Part shown: piece after piece, positions 37,610 to 46,412 of the stretch | Layout: every line of letters begins with the position of its first letter | Position numbering within the stretch: position 1 is the first letter of the stretch | Origin: Candidatus Falkowbacteria bacterium | Lineage (GTDB): Bacteria > Patescibacteriota > Patescibacteriia > CAIXNZ01 | DNA length: 64,000 nucleotides | Assembly: GCA_963774955.1 (NCBI GenBank) | Contig: CAVZGV010000005.1 | Coordinates: forward strand, 30,495-94,494 | Direction of reading: 5' to 3' | Position numbers and translations under genes: made by a program | Notes under the pieces: model-generated | What the model was told of the DNA's origin: nothing | The model's database searches: none | What the model saw: the letters and a program-made list of their open reading frames with translations, nothing else

Positions 37610-38212
37610 TTACCTATTTTTTTGAGCAATCATTCTGACAACTCCATGTTGATGAGAATCTTCATAGCCTGCATGACCAGGATCAGCAACAACCAATTCT
37701 CTATAAAAAATTAAATCGTAATCACTAAACAAACTTTTAAGCTCTTCGGCTTCAAAGTAGGTCTTATTAGCATTATTTTGATATGAAGGATCTTTGGTCG
37801 TAAATGCGGCAATAATCACATAGCCGCCTGATTGTAACCCGTTTTTTATATTTTCAATTAAGTTGTATCCGTCCGTCTTTGGGAGAAACTGCAGAATATT
37901 AAACGCGTTAATGATGGCAAATTTATTTTTCTCAATTAAATAACTAGAAACATTGCCACAAATAGCCTTTATAGTTTTGAGCCCCGATTCCACGGACTTG
38001 TCTTTAAGCTTTTTTACTCCCTCCTGAGATTGATCAACGGCCGTAACCTTAAAGCCCTGTTTGGCCATAAATGCAGAGTCACGCCCCTGGCCGCAACCCA
38101 AGTCTAAAAACTCAGCCCCCGGCCTAACTTTTTTCCAAACCATGCCTAATAGTTGATTACGCTGATTACCCCAAACATCGACGGTTTTTTTATAAATTTT
38201 ATTGTAGTCCAT
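37610..38212 (-). CDS. class I SAM-dependent methyltransferase (TehB-like)
   Basis: Motif I FLDLGCGQGRDS, 200 aa, 4-nt gap to the upstream gene. Confidence 0.8.
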   Translation of the reverse strand: MDYNKIYKKTVDVWGNQRNQLLGMVWKKVRPGAEFLDLGCGQGRDSAFMAKQGFKVTAVDQSQEGVKKLKDKSVESGLKTIKAICGNVSSYLIEKNKFAIINAFNILQFLPKTDGYNLIENIKNGLQSGGYVIIAAFTTKDPSYQNNANKTYFEAEELKSLFSDYDLIFYRELVVADPGHAGYEDSHQHGVVRMIAQKNR

Positions 38213-38216
38213 AAAA

Positions 38217-38645
38217 TTAAAATCTATCTATTTTCCTTGGATCCATTCCAATTTCATTTTCAATTTCAGAATAAATCTCTTCTTTGCTTTTACCCCAATT
38301 CTGCCGCTCAAAATAGGTATCGTAAAATCCCCATTTTTCTTTACCGCCCAGCTCGCGGTATTTTTTTATTAATTTATAGGCCAATTTAAAATAATCCAAT
38401 CGTCCTACATTGATTAAAATATTAGCAGCATAATAATAATCGTCCCTATTTTCCAACGCCTCATTCTCAATTAAAAAATAAACGATTCTAGCTCTTTCTT
38501 CGCACTCACCTTTAAACACATAAAACGGCAATTTATCTTCAGCTTCCACCAATTTGGGGGTGCCTTGTTGTTTTATAATTTCCTGACGTCTTTGCTGATC
38601 AAATTCATGAAAATTTTTTAAAAGTGTTGAAATAATTTTAGTCAT
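38217..38645 (-). CDS. hypothetical protein within the graspetide operon
   Basis: 142-aa ORF, 55 nt downstream of the ATP-grasp gene. No recognisable family. Confidence 0.4.
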   Translation of the reverse strand: MTKIISTLLKNFHEFDQQRRQEIIKQQGTPKLVEAEDKLPFYVFKGECEERARIVYFLIENEALENRDDYYYAANILINVGRLDYFKLAYKLIKKYRELGGKEKWGFYDTYFERQNWGKSKEEIYSEIENEIGMDPRKIDRF

Positions 38646-38700
38646 ATATTTAAAATTAAAAAGGGATACTAAGCTTTGGCTTTTCTCCCTAAGTATACTT

Positions 38701-39663
38701 TCAGACTAGCAATTCGGCAATGGCCTGTGCGATCTGAAGTTCTGTTTTTAGTTGCACAAAATACCACTGCCCATTGGGATTAATCTCTAAAAAGATATAA
38801 TCCCCGTTCGGAGTGACAATCATGTCAATGCAGCCGAATTTCAAGCCAAGTGCTTTCATGTAGCCATGAATTTGTTCCTCAATCTGGACGGGCAAAATCA
38901 TCGGCTCCATTTTCACGTCAAAATCATTAAGCTGGGGCTTGCGGCGCCAATCCAAGGAAGTTGCCTCATCTTGTTGAGACAAGATTTTTACCGCGAATAT
39001 TTTTTCGCCTACCACTGTAATCCTAAGTTCATAAGCCTTAGGCACAATTTCCTGAAAAATTGACGGCGACATCTTTACGGAATCAATCTCTCTCATTTGT
39101 TCAGCTGTCACCAGATTTGTATAAATGACCCGGTTAAGCATGGGACTGGAAGCAAGTATTTTAACTATAATCCTGCCACCATGCTTGTCATAAAACTCAC
39201 GAACCTTTTCAGGATCTGAAGTAATACAGGTGCTTGGCACCATAAAACCATTTTTGACGGCTTGATCAAGTTGAAAAATTTTATTCTCAGCTATTTGTAT
39301 GGCCCAGGGATCGTTCAGCCATTTTTTATCACGACAAACACTCCAAATTGCCTGTCTTAAAATATGGAACTGACGATCAATGAACTGCCGGTGCTCCACG
39401 GGATTATAATTCAATAATTCCCTGGGCAGATGCGGCTTCATGTACCAGACAGCGGAAAATTCACTTAGGTCAAATGACTGACCGTCAATGACTAGTCCGA
39501 ACTTTTGCCTGCCATCAATAATTTCAAAATTCAAATACTCGCCAAGCAAGCATTTATCCTGCTTAAAAAGTTTTGCGGACGCACCAAGCTTTTCTAAGGC
39601 AGAAAAAACCGCTTGAAACGCTTTTACTTCATAAACGCCAGAGTTACCAATTGCTAAAATCAT
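38701..39663 (-). CDS. ATP-grasp ribosomal-peptide maturase, MdnC/MvdD (microviridin/graspetide) family
   Basis: 320 aa. ..SAVWYMKP.., ..ELRITVVGEKIFAVKILSQQDEATSLDWRR.., ..GCIDMIVTPNGDYIFLEINPNGQWYF..IAQAIAELLV are collinear with recalled MdnC motifs (SAVWYRR, ELRITIVGEQIFTAAI, YDWRK, AIDMIVTP..YIFLEINPVGEFF, ISQAIAEILV). GGAGG RBS 7 nt upstream. Confidence 0.8.
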   Translation of the reverse strand: MILAIGNSGVYEVKAFQAVFSALEKLGASAKLFKQDKCLLGEYLNFEIIDGRQKFGLVIDGQSFDLSEFSAVWYMKPHLPRELLNYNPVEHRQFIDRQFHILRQAIWSVCRDKKWLNDPWAIQIAENKIFQLDQAVKNGFMVPSTCITSDPEKVREFYDKHGGRIIVKILASSPMLNRVIYTNLVTAEQMREIDSVKMSPSIFQEIVPKAYELRITVVGEKIFAVKILSQQDEATSLDWRRKPQLNDFDVKMEPMILPVQIEEQIHGYMKALGLKFGCIDMIVTPNGDYIFLEINPNGQWYFVQLKTELQIAQAIAELLV

Positions 39664-39676
39664 CCGCTAACCTCCT

Positions 39677-39706
39677 ATTTAAAACAGGGGGCAAATATTT
39701 GCCCCC
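39677..39706 (-). terminator. intra-operon attenuator hairpin between the precursor and the ATP-grasp gene
   Basis: Perfect palindrome GGGGGCAAATATTTGCCCCC, followed on the minus strand by tgtttt. Confidence 0.5.
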
Positions 39707-39726
39707 TGGCTGGGTTGGAGCTGATC

Positions 39727-39825
39727 CTATGAAGCATCAGCACCGTCAATGTCATCCCAAGCGCCACTGGTTGTGGGGCTTACCGCTCCTTCACGCACTT
39801 CAAGAAACATGAGAATGAACGGCAT
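39727..39825 (-). CDS. graspetide precursor peptide (32 aa): MPFILMFLEVREGAVSPTTSGAWDDIDGADAS
   Basis: Translated by hand. An ATG lies 7 nt after GGAGGT, giving 32 codons before TAG. The leader PFILMFL resembles the microviridin PFFARFL recognition helix; the core has TTS and four Asp. Not in the ORF track (below the 60-aa cutoff). Confidence 0.6.
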   Translation of the reverse strand: MPFILMFLEVREGAVSPTTSGAWDDIDGADAS

Positions 39826-40048
39826 GGCAGGTACCTCCTTTCTTAGAATTTTAAAGACCTACATGTATCATAAAACATCAGTATAATACAGCAAGGAAAT
39901 TAAATCATAAAATTTGATAATATTTTGTAACAAAATTAATGTAAATCCTTTTAAACCATTAAAACACAGGTTTTAACTGAACAAAAAACTGTTAAAAATC
40001 ACTAACAAAAATATCCACAGCCCCTTGTAATTTCAACTGCCATTCATT

Positions 40049-40080
40049 GACAAAGTCGCTTATTTTTGATAATCTGAATC
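40049..40080 (+). promoter_or_regulatory. putative sigma70 promoter of the MFS gene
   Basis: TTGACA..(15-17 nt)..GATAAT/TAATCT, followed by an AAAGGAGAAG RBS. Confidence 0.4.
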
Positions 40081-40114
40081 ATTAACCAGTTCTTTAGACA
40101 AAGGAGAAGATATA

Positions 40115-41287
40115 ATGAAAAAATCAAAAACCATGGTAATCATCGGCCTTGTGATTATGGAGCTTTTGGCTAGCATTGATACCACCGGAGTTACGGTCAT
40201 GGTGCCGACTTTGCAAGCATATTTTAAAATCCCGCCGGAAATAGCCGGTTGGATTTTAATGGCCTATCTGATTCCCTTTTCTGTTTGCCTGGTGCCCATG
40301 GGCTATCTGGCTGACAGAATCGGCAAACCGGAAAAAGTCATTGTCTGGGGTATTTTAACTTTTGCCCTGGCTTCAGGGCTGTGCGGACTGGCAGTTAACG
40401 AATACATGCTGATCGCCTGCCGAATTGTCAAAGGCATGGCTGCGGCCGGCATGTTTGCCTGCGAATTTGCCATTATCCTTAAATACTGGCAGGAACCGCG
40501 ACGCATCGTAGAAATCATCATGATCGGTCTGGCAGTCGGCGTTTTAATCGGTCCCATCTGCGGCGGCTTATTTTCCAGTCCCGAAACCTGGCGTTACTTT
40601 TTTCTGATCGGAACAGTTTTAGCCCTGATAGGCTTTATCGCCTACCAATGGATTAAAAATCTGGAACCGATAAAACGCGAAGCAGACACCCTAACAGTCC
40701 AACCGCAAACCTTCAGCCAAAAAGCTAAACTGCTGATAAAAATCATGTTCTGGGGCATGATCCTTGATTTCATAATTTCAGCGGCCACCCAGGGCGCCAA
40801 TCTGCTTATCACTTTGCAGGTTCAAGAAAATCTGCACAAAACTCCGCTTTATAACGGCATGATTCTACTGGTAATCGCTCTGGGCATGATCCTGGCCAAT
40901 ACTTTGGGCCTAAGCAGTAAACTGTTTAAGGAAATCCGCTATGCAGTCATGGCCAGCGGATCCGCCTTTGCCCTAATGCTCGTTTTAACCGCTTTGCTGA
41001 CTGACTGGACAGGAATTTTGGCCTTTGGCTTTTACTTTATCATGGGTATAAGTCTGGGCATTATTCTGGCCACAGTCGAACTTATGGTTTTGACCCCATT
41101 GCCCACCCAACAACTGGCTCAAGGCAACGGCTGGATTGTCAGTTCCATGCAGGCCGGTTATGGTCTGGCTTCGGCCCTGATTCCCTGGCTGTTTTTAAGG
41201 ACAGGTATAACCATGGCCGCGTGCATTTTGGCCGGACTGGTTTACCTGGCTCTTGGTTCTTTCTTTATTTTCCAAAAACGAAAGTAA
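40115..41287 (+). CDS. MFS transporter (12 TM; DHA-like efflux), divergent from the graspetide operon
   Basis: 390 aa with 12 predicted helices and a ..GYLADRIGKPEK.. loop-2/3 motif. Confidence 0.85.
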   Translation: MKKSKTMVIIGLVIMELLASIDTTGVTVMVPTLQAYFKIPPEIAGWILMAYLIPFSVCLVPMGYLADRIGKPEKVIVWGILTFALASGLCGLAVNEYMLIACRIVKGMAAAGMFACEFAIILKYWQEPRRIVEIIMIGLAVGVLIGPICGGLFSSPETWRYFFLIGTVLALIGFIAYQWIKNLEPIKREADTLTVQPQTFSQKAKLLIKIMFWGMILDFIISAATQGANLLITLQVQENLHKTPLYNGMILLVIALGMILANTLGLSSKLFKEIRYAVMASGSAFALMLVLTALLTDWTGILAFGFYFIMGISLGIILATVELMVLTPLPTQQLAQGNGWIVSSMQAGYGLASALIPWLFLRTGITMAACILAGLVYLALGSFFIFQKRK

Positions 41288-41296
41288 ATTTTAAAA

Positions 41297-41327
41297 CTCT
41301 CCCGAATCGCGGGAGAGTTTTTCTTTT
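41297..41327 (+). terminator. rho-independent terminator of the MFS gene
   Basis: CTCTCCC-gaatcgc-GGGAGAG followed by TTTTTCTTTT. Confidence 0.7.
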
Positions 41328-41388
41328 CCAATTTTTATATAAAAGAAAAAAGGACTTCGCGTTCGAAGTCCTTGGGGTGGTTATTTTG

Positions 41389-41460
41389 GGGTGGACGAAG
41401 GGATTTGAACCCTCAACCCCTAGGGCCACAACCTAGTGCTCTACCATTGAGCTACGTCCA
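41389..41460 (-). tRNA. tRNA-His (anticodon GTG), followed by a hairpin terminator
   Basis: On the minus strand GTGGACG TA GCTC AATGGTA GAGC A CTAGG TTGTGGC CCTAG .. GAGGG TTCAAAT CCCTT CGTCCAC C. The downstream GGACTTCG-cgtt-CGAAGTCC plus T-run (41353-41372) acts as the terminator. Confidence 0.8.
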
Positions 41461-41543
41461 CATCCCTAGGTAACCTTTAAGGTTTATATCGCAACTTAAC
41501 ATATAACATTTTAGATGTCAAGTCACTCAAAACCGTTACCTGA

Positions 41544-42908
41544 TTATTTCTCGGTCAGCCGTTCGATCACCTCGTCAACAGTAAGTAACTCCTGCTTCTT
41601 TGTTTCCAAAGCTTTCAGGGTCACTTTGTTGTCTTTGGCTTCATTGGCTCCGTAGATAATCAAATATGGAACGCCGCGGTTAAGTGTGTAGATCAGCTGT
41701 CCTTTCAGGGTCAGCTCATAGCCCAGATAAATTTCGGTTTTAATGCCGGCGGCACGCAGCTTGCTGGCAATGACCAAAATGTCGTTTTGCAGCGTGGCAT
41801 CAATATTGGCGATCATTACCTTGGCCGTGGCTTTTTCCCTGGGTAAAATTCCCAGCTGATCCATGGCCGCGATCAGACGGTCAACGCCGACTGAAGCACC
41901 CACTGCCGGAACTTTTTCCCCGGTATAGCGCATGACCAGATCGTCGAAACGTCCGCCGGAAAAGACCGAACCGATTTGCGGCAGGTCAGTCAGCGTGGTT
42001 TCGAAAACCGGACCGGTGTAATAGCCCAAGCCTCTGGCAATGGACAGGTCAAACTTCCAGTTGGCTTGCGGGATACCAAGCAGTTGAAGGTTGGCGATGA
42101 TTTGTTCGCATTCGCTGACACCTTCTTCGGCTACGGCAACGCCGGCAAAAAAACTTTTCAGCCCGTTGATCAGGCTTAATGAATCAATATTGCCTTCTGA
42201 CAAGGCTAAAAATTCCTTGATCTTTTCGACACTGGCATCATCCAGAGCCAAGGCAGACTCGTCATACTGGTTATCGGGCTGGCGCTGCAGTTCTTTGACT
42301 ACTTCGTCCAGACCGATCTTATCCAGTTTATCCAAGATGCGAAAAACATCAGCTGAACGTTCAGGCGCAAACCCGGCCACTGCAGGCAGACCATTGAGAA
42401 TTTTGCGGTTGTTGAAACGGATGACGTAATTTTTGAGGCCCAAGTTGCGCAGAGTTTCGTACATCAGCTGAATGATTTCCGTGTCGGAAAGAATCGAGTT
42501 GCTGCCGACAATGTCAGCATCAAACTGGGCAAATTCACGGAATCTGCCGGCCTGAGGTTTTTCATGACGCCAGACCATCCCGTACTGATAGCGCTTAAAC
42601 GGCTTAAGTATATCCGGATAAGCCGCGACCACTCGAGATAAGGGCACTGTCAGATCGAACCTGAGTGTAACGTCCTGGTCTCCGGACTGAAAGCGATAGA
42701 CTTCCATTTTGAATTCATCACGATCTGTGCCCAAAACAGAAGAACGCTCCAGACCGGGTGTATCCAAAGGCACAAAGCCAAAGCTTTCAAAAGTCTCCCG
42801 AATTTTGGCAATGATTTTCTGCCGGGGGATCATAACCTCCGGCAAATAATCGCGAAAACCGCCCAAAAGGTCCGGTTTCAAACGTGTTTTTGTTTCCTTG
42901 TCGCTCAT
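41544..42908 (-). CDS. hisS: histidyl-tRNA synthetase
   Basis: Class II motifs (..RFDLTVP.., ..GGRFDDL.., ..GLGYYTG..) and a C-terminal anticodon-binding domain. Adjacent to tRNA-His. Confidence 0.85.
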   Translation of the reverse strand: MSDKETKTRLKPDLLGGFRDYLPEVMIPRQKIIAKIRETFESFGFVPLDTPGLERSSVLGTDRDEFKMEVYRFQSGDQDVTLRFDLTVPLSRVVAAYPDILKPFKRYQYGMVWRHEKPQAGRFREFAQFDADIVGSNSILSDTEIIQLMYETLRNLGLKNYVIRFNNRKILNGLPAVAGFAPERSADVFRILDKLDKIGLDEVVKELQRQPDNQYDESALALDDASVEKIKEFLALSEGNIDSLSLINGLKSFFAGVAVAEEGVSECEQIIANLQLLGIPQANWKFDLSIARGLGYYTGPVFETTLTDLPQIGSVFSGGRFDDLVMRYTGEKVPAVGASVGVDRLIAAMDQLGILPREKATAKVMIANIDATLQNDILVIASKLRAAGIKTEIYLGYELTLKGQLIYTLNRGVPYLIIYGANEAKDNKVTLKALETKKQELLTVDEVIERLTEK

Positions 42909-43090
42909 AGAAATAACCTCCTTAAAAATTTACGAATATCTAATTATTACCACAAATCCTATTTGCTGGCAATAGCCAAAAACCAAATTGACAAAGAACA
43001 GAGTTCATTTCAACTTAGCATAAAAACTTAATTATTGTCAAGTATTAAAAATGACCAAGATTTCTTATCTTGGTCATTAGCTGATAGTCG

Positions 43091-44359
43091 TCAGACAACA
43101 CAATATTCTCTCAAAATCAGCTCGTAGATCTGAGCTGAGAAAATCAGGCTTTCAATGGTAACATGTTCCGTAGCCTGATGGGAGATTGCTTGTGGAGCCG
43201 GCCCCAAAGCAATACACTTTGTGCCAAAAGCCTGATTGAGCATCTGAGCGTCATAATAGCCTACTCGGCTAATCTGGCTATAAGCATCTTTACCTGTGAC
43301 TCTTAACAACGCTCTTTCAACAGGCTTCAATGATTCACGCGCGGTAAAAAGACAAGCTTTATCATGCCGGATGATCAAACTCTCAGGTGGCAGATTACCG
43401 CCTCCTTTTTTAATCAGCTGACTGAAATGATTGGTCAAGGTTTTTGCTGAAACACCAGGCTCGGCAATCCGTGATTCTATGACAACTTCCGCATAGTCCG
43501 GGACATTGTTACCATTACGACCGATTTCAAAACCTTGATCCTGACTAGACGGTTTATATAAACCGCCATTAATTGCCGCCAAATTAAAAACATTTGGCCC
43601 CAATTCAGGATGATTATACTGGCCGAATTTCAGTTTTAAATCGTTAAAAGCTGAAACTGCCAATAAAATCGCATTAAGCGAATTTTCTGGAACAGAAGCG
43701 TGACCTGTTCTCCCTTTAACGGCCGAACGAAATTCTGCCAGACCGCGACAACCATTAATAATCTGCAAATCAGTCGGTTCGCAGAAAATTGCCAATGGCG
43801 CTTGGTACAATGGCAAGGGTTCTTCGATCAGAGCTTCCATGCCCAAAAAATCATACTCTTCATCGCAATAAAAAACCAAAGCCACATTTTGAAGCAGTCT
43901 TGTCAGTTTAACAACCGCTGCTAAAAGAGCGGCAGTTCCGCCCTTCATGTCAACGCTGCCTAATCCATAAATGGAAGTATCATCTTGTCTGATGACGATT
44001 TTACCATCGACCAGTTGTCCCTCCTTAGGCTCAACCGTGTCCAAGTGGCAGAAAAAAATAAGCCTTGGCACCCTGCCTGGACAATCAGTGGCAATCAGAT
44101 TGAATCGCCGTCCTGTTTTTTCAGTTTTACCGGCTACATCGGGTATCACCTGGCGACTGAAAGAAAAATTTGGGCAACGCTGCTGTAAAAATTTTTCGAT
44201 AAAAAGAGCCAATTCTCCTTCATTGTTGCCATTACCCACAAAACTAGGAATAGCAACCAGATCCTTCAATATACCTACGACATCAGACATGACCTTATCC
44301 TCCTTTAAACTCTGACTTAATGATTGATTAAATTTAACAGCCTCAATTATAACTGTCAA
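43091..44359 (-). CDS. M20 family metallopeptidase (ArgE/DapE-like deacylase)
   Basis: ..FFCHLDTV.., ..GLGSVDMKGG.. and a C-terminal dimerisation region. An internal Met (MSDVVGIL..) is a plausible true start. Confidence 0.8.
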   Translation of the reverse strand: MTVIIEAVKFNQSLSQSLKEDKVMSDVVGILKDLVAIPSFVGNGNNEGELALFIEKFLQQRCPNFSFSRQVIPDVAGKTEKTGRRFNLIATDCPGRVPRLIFFCHLDTVEPKEGQLVDGKIVIRQDDTSIYGLGSVDMKGGTAALLAAVVKLTRLLQNVALVFYCDEEYDFLGMEALIEEPLPLYQAPLAIFCEPTDLQIINGCRGLAEFRSAVKGRTGHASVPENSLNAILLAVSAFNDLKLKFGQYNHPELGPNVFNLAAINGGLYKPSSQDQGFEIGRNGNNVPDYAEVVIESRIAEPGVSAKTLTNHFSQLIKKGGGNLPPESLIIRHDKACLFTARESLKPVERALLRVTGKDAYSQISRVGYYDAQMLNQAFGTKCIALGPAPQAISHQATEHVTIESLIFSAQIYELILREYCVV

Positions 44360-44399
44360 GTTAACATAATCTTTTGTTATATAAAAAACCGGCTAAGGA

Positions 44400-45293
44400 T
44401 TACTTAGCCGGTAAGTTGGTTAAGAGACATTTAAGCTCTTCAACAAAGCCGGTGCCGTCTTTGGGCAAACGAAATACTTTGCGCTCCAAATCGGAACAAA
44501 GTACTTGCCGCCCGCTGACAGCCCCGATGGCTTCAAAAAGCTTAATGGTCTGCCCCAAAAAGAAGCGCGAGCAGGCAAGCTGGTCCTTATCCGGAATACT
44601 TGCCCAATCATTTGGTTTGCCTAAGGGCAAAAGATAAGGAATGCCGGTATTTTGGCCGTGGACCAAGGTCATCCCGGAAAATGGGACTCCGGGATAAAAA
44701 TCACGCTCGCAAATTTCATCGATAACGTCATCATAACGGCGAACGCAGATTACCTTAACCTTTTCTTTTTCCACGACATCGATACCGCTCTTGATTCCAA
44801 TGCCGCAGCAAACAACTCGCACTTTGACATTGATGTCTTTAAGACGGTTTATAGCTTTGACTGCGCCTTTACCGAAATAAACGACATCATCGATCAAAAC
44901 AGCCTCCCTGATTCCAGCCGCTTTGATTTCATCCAAGCCCCAGTTTTCATTAGGCGTGCCATCACGGTAACCATAACCGACTCTTTCCAAATCTTCATCG
45001 TACAGTCTGGAGCTGTCAATACGAAAATTCGGCTCACTGTAAACTCTGTCAATGGAAATCGTCGGTAAATTTTGCTGAGTCATAATTTCAGCAATGCCTG
45101 TTTGCAGCGTTTCCTCTCCGACCAATTCAAATTGCGGGAAAATACCAGACATGAATCGAATTGATTCTTGTCTGATGGCCGCGAAAAAATGCGCTGGCGG
45201 CAAATTGAAACCTCTGGTTGCAGCCCATTGTTTGAGCAACAGGTAAATATCCGCGGAAACGACGTATTTCTTGTTCATCACCTCTCCTCTCAA
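44400..45293 (-). CDS. phosphoribosyltransferase (PRTase)-like protein, paralog 1 of 3
   Basis: PRPP-loop-like AVLIDDVVYFGKGAV, and C-terminal ..ERDFYPGVPFSG...IPYLLPLGKPNDWASIP.. shared with ORFs 48725-49750 and 49894-50994. Confidence 0.45.
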   Translation of the reverse strand: MRGEVMNKKYVVSADIYLLLKQWAATRGFNLPPAHFFAAIRQESIRFMSGIFPQFELVGEETLQTGIAEIMTQQNLPTISIDRVYSEPNFRIDSSRLYDEDLERVGYGYRDGTPNENWGLDEIKAAGIREAVLIDDVVYFGKGAVKAINRLKDINVKVRVVCCGIGIKSGIDVVEKEKVKVICVRRYDDVIDEICERDFYPGVPFSGMTLVHGQNTGIPYLLPLGKPNDWASIPDKDQLACSRFFLGQTIKLFEAIGAVSGRQVLCSDLERKVFRLPKDGTGFVEELKCLLTNLPAK

Positions 45294-45588
45294 TATCCTT
45301 AAAGTTAAGGACGGCTATAAAATGCTCCGATTTTTCTTTTTTCCAAAGGACACTTTAGCTTATAACAAAAAAATCCCTTTGACAAGGGACTGATCGTTTT
45401 TTCCTAAAAACTTAGACTAATTAGGCAGAAAATCAAATCAAACCAATCCCTTAAGAAAGAGATGGGTGTGATGGTGTAAAACTGATAAATTGAATCTAAG
45501 TTTCATGCTCATATTATAGCAAACCCAAATTATCAGTGTCAAATATAAAAGGTCGCCCTTGAAAAGGCGACCTCTTGAATGAATATTT

Positions 45589-46383
45589 TTATAAACTCGA
45601 AATCCAGAGCAAGCATTCTGCCACACCTTCAGTATAAGTCCTTTGAGACACGAATCCTGAGTGTTTCTTCAAGGCCTCCGAGGCATTAGCAACAGCGCAA
45701 TGAATTACCGCTTCATCGGCGATAATATCAATATCGCCATCGCCGATCATGAAGAATTTGTAATCAGGAAAAACAGCTTTTAGTTTATGATAGCCATCGG
45801 TTTTACTGACTCCTTGGACATTGAGTGTGGCAAAACCATAGCTGTGATTATAGTCTATGGGATTCAATCCTTCGGGGACAGGAATCTTACTGACAATGTC
45901 CAGGCACTCTTTGCTCCAGACGTCATTAATCTGCGGCAAACCACTGCTGTCCGTGACCATAAAATAAAAGCCGATTGTCTGTTGGCGCAAACCGTCAATG
46001 ATAATCATTTTTCTGTTGGGCTCAAAATGTTTTTTTTCTCTGATCCAGGTGGCGGAATCGCCAACCATGGGCACCGCGTCGCGGGCAGTAAAAGCCTCTT
46101 TGAGCTGAAAAATGAAATCCTGGATGCCGAGAATATTTCTCGGAAAGATCGTTTTGTCTTCGATTACCACCACGGCACCTTTTTCGCCCACAATAACTTC
46201 CGGGGCAAAACCCAACATCTTTTGGAAGTTGTATTTCAGTCTGGCAATTGGTGTATCCGAATTAGGCACAATCACGACACCTGCCTGTATCAACTCTTGA
46301 AGTAAAGCAGTGATATCAGCAGTGACCTGGTACTGTCGGTTACAGATGGTACCGTCCTGATCAAGCATGATCAATTTCTTCAT
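45589..46383 (-). CDS. HAD-superfamily hydrolase, Cof-like (IIB)
   Basis: LDQDGTI (motif I) and ..MIGDGDIDI.. (motif IV). Confidence 0.8.
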   Translation of the reverse strand: MKKLIMLDQDGTICNRQYQVTADITALLQELIQAGVVIVPNSDTPIARLKYNFQKMLGFAPEVIVGEKGAVVVIEDKTIFPRNILGIQDFIFQLKEAFTARDAVPMVGDSATWIREKKHFEPNRKMIIIDGLRQQTIGFYFMVTDSSGLPQINDVWSKECLDIVSKIPVPEGLNPIDYNHSYGFATLNVQGVSKTDGYHKLKAVFPDYKFFMIGDGDIDIIADEAVIHCAVANASEALKKHSGFVSQRTYTEGVAECLLWISSL

Positions 46384-46412
46384 TCTCCAACCCTCCGTTT
46401 TGCTGACTGCGA

